Source: an uncultured Actinomycetes bacterium (lineage in GTDB: Bacteria > Actinomycetota > Thermoleophilia > UBA2241). From it: DNA of 32,000 nucleotides. Both the position numbers and the translations under genes were made by a program. Location of the stretch: positions 220,881-252,880 of the forward strand of contig CAVPVX010000007.1 in assembly GCA_963709345.1 (NCBI GenBank), in the 5' to 3' direction. Of the stretch, positions 26,143 to 32,000 are shown piece after piece. The notes below the pieces were generated by a model, which saw nothing but the letters and a program-made list of their open reading frames with translations, was not told the origin of the DNA and made no database searches. Position 1 is the first letter of the stretch. Each line of letters begins with the position of its first letter.

Positions 26143-26285
26143 GGTGGCCGGACCTCTCCGTTCTGGCCGGTGACACCCCAAGCGTAGCAGCCACGCGGCG
26201 CGGCACGCACGCTGGCGGTCGCGGTGGAGCGGTGGTATCCTGCCGCTCCCGTCCCTCCACGTTCGCGCTCGCGAGTCCCCACTGC

Positions 26286-28268
26286 ATGAGCATCGTCACC
26301 TTCAATAACGTCGAGAAGTCCTTCGCGGGACAACGGCTCTTCACAACGGTGACGTTCACCGTCGACGCGCACGACCACGCCGTGCTCGTCGGCCGCAACG
26401 GGACCGGCAAGACGACGCTCCTGCGCATGATGTCGGGCGACGAGCAGCCGGACTCGGGCACCATCGCCCGGGCGCGCGGCAGGCGCGTGTGGCTCCACGA
26501 GCAGACCCCCGAACTCGAACGCGACCGGCCGGTGCGTGACTACCTCATCGACGCGTTCGGTGAAGCGGTAGGGCTCGAGGCAGCCTTGCGGGAGACGGAG
26601 GAGAGGCTCTCCGGCCTGGCCGAACACAGTCCCGACCTGCGCGACACCATGAAGACCTACCAGCAACTGCAGCGCCGCTTCGAGGCAGCCGGCGGGTACG
26701 GCTACCGCGACCGTCTGAGCGGCGTCGTCGAGGGCCTCGGCCTTCCCGAGCACATGCTGGACCGCGGACTCCTCTCACTCTCCGGCGGCGAGCTCACACG
26801 GGTGACCCTGGCGCGGGCGCTTCTGGCCGACGCGGACCTGCTGCTCCTCGACGAGCCGACGAACCACCTCGACATAGACTCGGTGGAGTGGCTGGAGGGC
26901 TTCCTCACCGAGTACCCGCGCGCCTTCATACTCGTCACCCACGACCGCCGGCTCCTTGAGAAGGTGGGCCGCCGCGTACTCGCCGTCGAGCACGAGCACG
27001 TGGAGACGCAGGGCGGCGACTTCGCCACGTATCTCCGCGAGAGCGAGGCTCGCCTCGACCTGATGCGCCGCGAGTACCAGCAGGACATCGAGAAGATCGA
27101 ACAGCTGCAGCGCTTCTACGACCGCTTCCACGCGAAGAAGGACAAGGCCAAGCAGGCAAAGGCCAAGCTCACGCAGATCGAGCGCATCAAGGCGGGGCTT
27201 CGCGAACCGCCCCGCCAGAAGCGCGACTTCAAGCTGGGGCTCCCTCAGCCCAAGCCTTCCGCCCGCGTGGTGCTGGAGTTGAAAACGCCGGCCGTCGGCG
27301 TCGGCTCGGCCGACGACCCCGTCGGCATCCACACGCTGGTGCGCGACGTCGACGTCGTGCTCGAACGTGGAGAGAAGGTCGCCCTGCTCGGGCCGAACGG
27401 CTCCGGCAAGACCACGCTGGTCGAGACGGTCGTCGGCCTGAGGAGCCTGCTCGACGGCGCCGCCCACCTGGGCCACAACGTCCGCGCGGCGTACTACTCA
27501 CAGCAGGGCCGGGAGCTGCGCGAAGACGACACCGTGCTGCTCACCGTCCTGCCGCTCGTCGGCCACGACGAAGAGGCGGCACGGCGCCTCCTCGGGCGAT
27601 TCCAGTTCGGCCCCGATGAGGTCGAGAAGAAGGTCGGGATGCTGTCGGGCGGCGAGCGCAGCCGCCTCCGCCTGCTCGCGCTGCTCGTCGGCGACGCGAA
27701 CTTCCTGCTGCTCGACGAGCCTACGAACCACCTCGACATGGGCTCGGTCGAGGCGCTCGCCGACGCGCTCGAGGACTACACGGGCACCATCCTGCTCGTC
27801 ACGCACGACCGGCACCTCATCGACCGCGTCGCCACCCGCGTCCTCGAGATCCACGACAGCGGGCTGCTCAATCACCTCTCGGCGGGGCGCTACTGGGAGG
27901 CGCGAGCCGCTCGGGCCGGCGACGCGGGCGATGGCGCCACGGGCGGCGATTCGGGCGGCGGTCGGTCGGCCGTCAGAGCCGAGTCCGCCCGCGGCGGCCG
28001 CCCCGCGCCCGCGGGCGCCGCCACGACCCGCCAGACGAAGGAGAGCGCGGAGGAGTCGCGCCGCAGGCGTGCGCGTGTGCGCGGCGCGGAGGCCGCGATC
28101 CTTCGCGCCGAGAAGCGCCTCGGCGAGATCGACGCCGAGCTCGCCGAGCCGGCCACCTACGCCGACCGCGACGTCCTCAACCGCCTGCTCGACGAGCGAG
28201 GTGTCGTCGAAGGTCAGCTGCAGCGCGAGTACAAGGAGTGGGAGAAGCTCGTCGACGCCGCCGGCTGA
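26286..28268 (+). CDS. ABC-F family ATPase with two nucleotide-binding domains
   Basis: Two Walker A motifs (GRNGTGKTTLLR, GPNGSGKTTLVE), LSGGE(L/R) signatures (SLSGGELTRVTLARALL, LSGGERSRLRLLALL), LLLDEPTNHLD twice, no TM domain, charged C-terminal extension. Confidence 0.95.
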   Translation: MSIVTFNNVEKSFAGQRLFTTVTFTVDAHDHAVLVGRNGTGKTTLLRMMSGDEQPDSGTIARARGRRVWLHEQTPELERDRPVRDYLIDAFGEAVGLEAALRETEERLSGLAEHSPDLRDTMKTYQQLQRRFEAAGGYGYRDRLSGVVEGLGLPEHMLDRGLLSLSGGELTRVTLARALLADADLLLLDEPTNHLDIDSVEWLEGFLTEYPRAFILVTHDRRLLEKVGRRVLAVEHEHVETQGGDFATYLRESEARLDLMRREYQQDIEKIEQLQRFYDRFHAKKDKAKQAKAKLTQIERIKAGLREPPRQKRDFKLGLPQPKPSARVVLELKTPAVGVGSADDPVGIHTLVRDVDVVLERGEKVALLGPNGSGKTTLVETVVGLRSLLDGAAHLGHNVRAAYYSQQGRELREDDTVLLTVLPLVGHDEEAARRLLGRFQFGPDEVEKKVGMLSGGERSRLRLLALLVGDANFLLLDEPTNHLDMGSVEALADALEDYTGTILLVTHDRHLIDRVATRVLEIHDSGLLNHLSAGRYWEARAARAGDAGDGATGGDSGGGRSAVRAESARGGRPAPAGAATTRQTKESAEESRRRRARVRGAEAAILRAEKRLGEIDAELAEPATYADRDVLNRLLDERGVVEGQLQREYKEWEKLVDAAG

Positions 28269-28313
28269 GGCACCGGCGTCTTCCCACACGGCATCCGTGC
28301 TAGGCTCCGGAGG

Positions 28314-29165
28314 ATGCCCGCACCCCCCTCGGTAAGCCGCTCCGCCCCCACCCCCAGTCGCTCACGCCTCCGCCGCCTGCAGGTCCGCATCCTCGGCTGG
28401 TACGCCGAGAACGCCCGCGACCTCCCGTGGCGCCACACCACGGATCCGTACGCGATCCTCGTGAGCGAGGTCATGCTCCAGCAGACGCAGGTGGCGCGCG
28501 TCGTGCCGCGCTTCGAGGAGTGGATGGCCGCCTGGCCGGATCTCGAGGCACTCGCGGCGGCGTCGCTCGCCGACGTCCTGCGACGCTGGCAGGGGCTCGG
28601 CTACAACAACCGGGCGGCCCGCCTGCAGGCTTGCGCCGTTGCGGCAGTCGCCCGTTGTGCGCCGGAGCGGACCGCGGAGCTGCCGCGCTCTCCGGCCGGG
28701 CTCATGGACCTCCCCGGCGTCGGCCCCTACACGGCCCGGGCGGTGCTGGTCTTCGCCCACAACGACGATCTCGCGGCGGTCGACGCCAACGTGCGGCGCG
28801 TACTGACACACGAGCTCGGTCTTCGACCCGACCTGGGCGACGGCGAACTGCAGACGGTCGCCGAGGCGGCGCTCCCGCGGGGTCGCAGCCGCGAGTGGCA
28901 CAACGCCCTCATGGACTACGGCGCTCTGGTCCTGACGGCCCGCGCCACAGGCATCTCACCGCGCACGCGCCAGAGCGCGTTCGAGGGATCCCGGCGTCAG
29001 AAACGCGCCCTGCTCCTGCGCGCTCTGCTGTCACGGAGCCCACTGACACCGGCCGAGCTGGCTGACGAACTCGCACTGCCCGCGGAGGACGTCGACGATC
29101 TGATTCGACTGCTCCAGCGTGACGGGCTCGTGAGCGTGGATTCGGGCAAGGTCTCCGTGGCGTGA
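28314..29165 (+). CDS. mutY: MutY-like A/G-specific adenine glycosylase lacking the C-terminal Fe-S cysteine motif
   Basis: LGWYAENARDLPWRHTTDPYAILVSEVMLQQTQVARVVPRFEEWM, LMDLPGVGPYTARAV, AVDANVRRVLTHELGL. The segment where CX6CX2CX5C is expected reads GALVLTARATGISPRTRQSAFEGSRRQKR, with no cysteine. Confidence 0.88.
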   Translation: MPAPPSVSRSAPTPSRSRLRRLQVRILGWYAENARDLPWRHTTDPYAILVSEVMLQQTQVARVVPRFEEWMAAWPDLEALAAASLADVLRRWQGLGYNNRAARLQACAVAAVARCAPERTAELPRSPAGLMDLPGVGPYTARAVLVFAHNDDLAAVDANVRRVLTHELGLRPDLGDGELQTVAEAALPRGRSREWHNALMDYGALVLTARATGISPRTRQSAFEGSRRQKRALLLRALLSRSPLTPAELADELALPAEDVDDLIRLLQRDGLVSVDSGKVSVA

Positions 29166-29231
29166 GCGTGCCGGCCGCCGAGTAGTCTGGGCTCACGCCA
29201 CACCGCCTCGGGAGGCACAGACGACGGCTCG

Positions 29232-29462
29232 GTGCCCGACTCCGTCGGCGAAGCGTACGGCGAGTGGCTGCCGCTGCACCACGCTCTGGAGGCGGTCCGT
29301 CGAAGGCCTCGCGACGACATGGCCGGCGACTGGGCGGCCGCTCGCGAGGCCGCCGACGCGCTGGGGTGCACGCCAGCGGGCCCGGTGACCGGAGTCCACG
29401 AGCTCAGCCGCACGGACGGGGCCCCGCCGACTACGTCACCCGCATCCGTCTGCCGTACGCTC
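29232..29462 (+). pseudogene. Fragment resembling a GyrI-like effector-binding C-terminus, split by a frameshift at 29417-29425
   Basis: EAADALGCTPAGPVTGVHELSRTDG in one frame; adding one base to the GGGGCCCC run restores PADYVTRIRLPYAR* from the next frame. Confidence 0.35.
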
Positions 29463-29507
29463 GCTGAGAGCAGGGCGGGCGGGCCGCGCAGCCGCCCCGC
29501 GCGCGCC

Positions 29508-29827
29508 TCACGTGCGGAACATCGTCAGCAGGAAGACGAGCTCTCCCTGCGCCTTCACGGCGTGGCGCAAATCGGCCGGCATGTAGTACAGCTTGCCGGC
29601 GCTCGCCTCGTGCGCCGTGCCGTCGAGCACGACTTCCCCTGCCCGCCGAGCACGTGTATGACGGCAGGAACGCTGGCCGTGTGCTCGCTCAGCTCCTGGC
29701 CCTGAGCCAGCGTGAAGTGGACGATCTTGTGATGCGCGTTCTCGACGATCGCCTTGCTCACGATCCCGCGATCGGCGACCTCGACCATGCCGTCGAGATC
29801 GACGACCAGCGGTTCGGCAGTCTCCAT
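29508..29827 (-). pseudogene. Small cupin protein interrupted by a one-base frameshift at 29636-29639
   Basis: METAEPLVVDLDGMVEVADRGIVSKAIVENAHHKIVHFTLAQGQELSEHTASVPAVIHVLGGQG (frame 1), then EVVLDGTAHEASAGKLYYMPADLRHAVKAQGELVFLLTMFRT* (frame 2). Adding one G to the GGGG run restores a continuous cupin. Confidence 0.75.
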
Positions 29828-30019
29828 GTTCGACCTCCGTCGGTGTTTGCCGTCTTACAACCGACGGTACCCCGGAGCCACCGCTCCTCATCTTGACTTT
29901 CGTCAGGCCCGCTTCTCGTGCGCGCCACGTGAGTTCAGTTTGACACCGCCGGGCCTTGGTCATATAGTTTGTGAGGCGTTACACAATATCGAGAAATTAG
30001 ACACGTGAGGAGGGTCGCC

Positions 30020-30169
30020 ATGACTGATCGGATCTCCAGGCTTAAGCGCTTCTTCGAGGGCACGGCCAGCGTCGTGGCCTCCCCCATGGGCGACGCCAGG
30101 AGTCACCTGCGCGGCAAGGACTTCATGAGGATCGACCTTACCGGGAGCGCGCGCTCCTACAGGGTCTGA
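30020..30169 (+). CDS. Small uncharacterised protein A (49 aa), not in the supplied ORF track
   Basis: MTDRISRLKRFFEGTASVVASPMGDARSHLRGKDFMRIDLTGSARSYRV*; strong SD GAGGAGGG 5 nt before ATG. Similar to the following ORF. Confidence 0.65.
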   Translation: MTDRISRLKRFFEGTASVVASPMGDARSHLRGKDFMRIDLTGSARSYRV

Positions 30170-30189
30170 ACAGAGAGGCGGTGGGCACC

Positions 30190-30327
30190 ATGCAGCATCG
30201 AATCTTTCGCTCCATCGGCCGTTTCTTCGAGGGTACCGGCGGAGTTCTCGGGACCCCCTCGGGCGACGCCCGCGGCCACATCCGTGTCACCGTCAAGACC
30301 GTGCACGACGGCGACTCGTCAGCCTGA
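30190..30327 (+). CDS. Small uncharacterised protein B (45 aa), paralogue of protein A, not in the supplied ORF track
   Basis: MQHRIFRSIGRFFEGTGGVLGTPSGDARGHIRVTVKTVHDGDSSA*. Shares RI.R...RFFEGT..V...P.GDAR.H.R with protein A; AGAGG upstream. Confidence 0.65.
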   Translation: MQHRIFRSIGRFFEGTGGVLGTPSGDARGHIRVTVKTVHDGDSSA

Positions 30328-30408
30328 TTCATGGGAAGCTGACCCAGCCCGCCAAACTACAACACCCCCCTCCCGACAGCGGCCCCCCCAGCCGCGACCG
30401 GTGAGTCA

Positions 30409-30480
30409 AAGGGCCTCTCGCCCCCTGGTTCCGGCCCCCCATACGGCCAGGGATACGGCGAGGGGCCCTTCCCCTTTTCT
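30409..30480 (+). terminator. Candidate intrinsic terminator of the small-protein unit
   Basis: AAGGGCCTCTCGCC (30409-30422) pairs with GGCGAGGGGCCCTT (30457-30470) with one G-U. Nested CCCTGG (30423-30428) pairs with CCAGGG (30447-30452). Followed by CCCCTTTTCT. Confidence 0.55.
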
Positions 30481-30564
30481 CAGTGCGACCACCACGGCCG
30501 ACAGCGACGCCCGAAAGAGGTGCGGTCGGCGTGCAACGCCGCCCGGACCCGCGTCGCCCTCGGC

Positions 30565-31929
30565 TCAGACCGGGAAGCAGGCGGGGTAGCGGCGCGGCTT
30601 CTTCTTGCGCCGCTGGTACGTGCGCGCGAGCTCGATGAAGATCCCGACGTCGCGCTCCAGGTCGCCCTGCGTACCGTCGAAGTAGAACGTGCGGATCGGC
30701 ATATCGTCGAGGTCCTTCTGCAGACTCGGGTACACCGCCTCCGTCACGATGCCGTTCATGCAAGTGAAGGGGCTGATGTCGATGATGCCGTCGGCGCCCT
30801 TCTGGTACAGGTAGATGGCCTTCCCGCTGCTCAGCACCATCTCGCCCAGGGCGCCCGTGTACGGCAGATAGGGATAGCTCATCTGCAGGACATCGCGCAC
30901 GTCCACGGGCTCCTCGTACCCCACGAAGTCGTCGTGGAACGGTCCGTACAACGCATGCTCGTCGCGGCGCATGATCTTGTTCTTGAGGACTCGGACGAGG
31001 CTGTCCTTGCTGATGCGCCGGCCTTCGTCGATGAGCCGGCGACGCTGCTCGTCATCGGTGTACCAGACCCACTCCCCGATGTCCGACAGCCAGCACTCGC
31101 CGCCCTGCTCCTCGACGACGCGGATGAGGTCGAAGTTCGAGAAGGTGTTCTGGCGGCAGAAGATCTCGCCGACCACGCCGACCAGGGGGCGCGAAGCGTC
31201 GTAGTCGGCGGGCAACTGGCGGAAGCGGTCGCGGGCGCGCACCATGGCCGGCACGATGGCCTCCAGGCGCTGCCTGTGCGACACGCCGTTCAGGCTGACC
31301 GCCTCGCCCACCTCTTCGAGGCTGAGCGTGTAGGCGGCGTCCGCGGCACCCTTCTTGCGCTCGTAGGGCCGGGTCTTGAGCAGGAGCTTCATGAGGATGT
31401 CCTGGCACAGCACCGCCCGCCAGGCAGTGCGCACGAGATCCTGTGAATAGTTGCCGATCGACGAGTACCCGTCGCCCGACGTGATGCTGATCACCGGGAC
31501 GTCGCTGTAGCCGAGCTCGTCGAACTTGCTGCGGATGAGGTGCAGGTACTGGCCGAAGCGGCACGGCCCGTTGGCCGACGGCATCAGGAAGGCGACGTTG
31601 TCGCGGCCTTCGTCCTCGATGATGCGCAGGAAGTCGCCGAGCGTGATCTTCTGCGGGTAGCACTCGTCGCCGGAGGTCACCCGACTGCCGAGCTCCAGCG
31701 TGCGCTCGTCCGAGTCGCTGGTCGGCCAGCAGTCGAAGCCGATGGATCTGATCGCCGCGGCCAGCAGGTAGGAGCCGCCGTACGGCATCTGCGGCAGGTA
31801 GAGCGTCCGGCCCTCGAGACCGTACGCGGCGATCGCCTGCTTGATGCCTTCATCCTGGACGGCCGCGCCGGCCGACGCGACGGCGTCTCCCGCGGCGGCT
31901 CCGCCCTGGGGACTAGGTGGCGACGACAC
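30565..31929 (-). CDS. 2-hydroxyacyl-CoA dehydratase / CoA-substrate enzyme activase-related protein (DUF2229-type lineage)
   Basis: LYLPQMPYGGSYLLAAAIRSIGFD, GDECYPQKITLGDFLRII, AFLMPSANGPCRFGQYLHLIRSKFDELGY, GEIFCRQNTFSN, ISPFTCMNGIVTEAV. GTG start at 31929 preceded by GAGGAGG. Confidence 0.82.
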   Translation of the reverse strand: MSSPPSPQGGAAAGDAVASAGAAVQDEGIKQAIAAYGLEGRTLYLPQMPYGGSYLLAAAIRSIGFDCWPTSDSDERTLELGSRVTSGDECYPQKITLGDFLRIIEDEGRDNVAFLMPSANGPCRFGQYLHLIRSKFDELGYSDVPVISITSGDGYSSIGNYSQDLVRTAWRAVLCQDILMKLLLKTRPYERKKGAADAAYTLSLEEVGEAVSLNGVSHRQRLEAIVPAMVRARDRFRQLPADYDASRPLVGVVGEIFCRQNTFSNFDLIRVVEEQGGECWLSDIGEWVWYTDDEQRRRLIDEGRRISKDSLVRVLKNKIMRRDEHALYGPFHDDFVGYEEPVDVRDVLQMSYPYLPYTGALGEMVLSSGKAIYLYQKGADGIIDISPFTCMNGIVTEAVYPSLQKDLDDMPIRTFYFDGTQGDLERDVGIFIELARTYQRRKKKPRRYPACFPV

Positions 31930-32000
31930 CGGCCACCTCCTCACGGCACTCGCGCGCCTCGTCGGCCGCGTCCTGGGACCACCAGCGCAGGAAGCCCTTG
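31913..32000 (-). CDS. C-terminal end of an upstream gene running off the window, overlapping the next start
   Basis: Minus-strand reading ...KGFLRWWSQDAADEARECREEVAGVVAT* ending at TAG 31915-31913; translationally overlapped with the GTG start at 31929. Confidence 0.5.
   Translation of the reverse strand, partial: KGFLRWWSQDAADEARECREEVAGVVAT

Noticed and set aside
30520-31446. 308-aa plus ORF opposite the CoA-dehydratase/activase-related gene
   Set aside because: Antisense reading frame; the minus strand shows conserved family motifs.
1-32000. CRISPR arrays, tRNA/rRNA genes, transposases or integrases
   Set aside because: No regularly spaced direct repeats, no recognisable tRNA TPsiC/anticodon arrangement, and no transposase or integrase motifs noticed in the ORF translations.

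Overview
High-GC (likely actinobacterial) chromosomal window. Main content: (1) a C-terminally membrane-anchored peptide/opine-type ABC solute-binding protein (minus strand). (2) A tightly overlapping three-gene unit: corrinoid-binding protein, UroD/MtaA-like methyltransferase, and a Cys-rich N-terminal domain fused to PAS-GGDEF. It abuts a truncated convergent PocR/HD-GYP remnant. (3) An orphan hisG with a structured leader. (4) A DUF429 protein, a frameshifted glycoside-hydrolase-like protein and a PH-domain membrane protein. (5) An arsenic island at about 10.4-16.06 kb: arsR, arsM, arsP-like permease with metallophosphoesterase, acr3, a second arsR, a thioredoxin-like protein and a damaged second thioredoxin. 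It has readable promoter/operator candidates. (6) An orphan type IV pilin behind a structured leader, a flavin-reductase-like protein, a GH18-like protein and a fasciclin lipoprotein. (7) Two multipass membrane proteins and a TAT/DUF362 protein. (8) Two convergent paralogous nucleotidyltransferase-like proteins, a frameshifted DUF438-like gene, an ABC-F ATPase and a MutY homologue lacking the Fe-S cysteines. (9) Frameshifted GyrI-like and cupin genes. (10) Two tandem tiny paralogous proteins (49 and 45 aa) absent from the supplied ORF track, with a shared RFFEGT..V...P.GDAR.H.R motif and a strong candidate terminator. (11) A CoA-dehydratase/activase-related protein. The best candidates for undescribed biology are the tandem small-protein locus, the corrinoid/GGDEF operon and the paired nucleotidyltransferases. 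Several single-base frameshifts, some at short G/C runs, may be assembly errors. No CRISPR array, rRNA, tRNA or transposon was supported.
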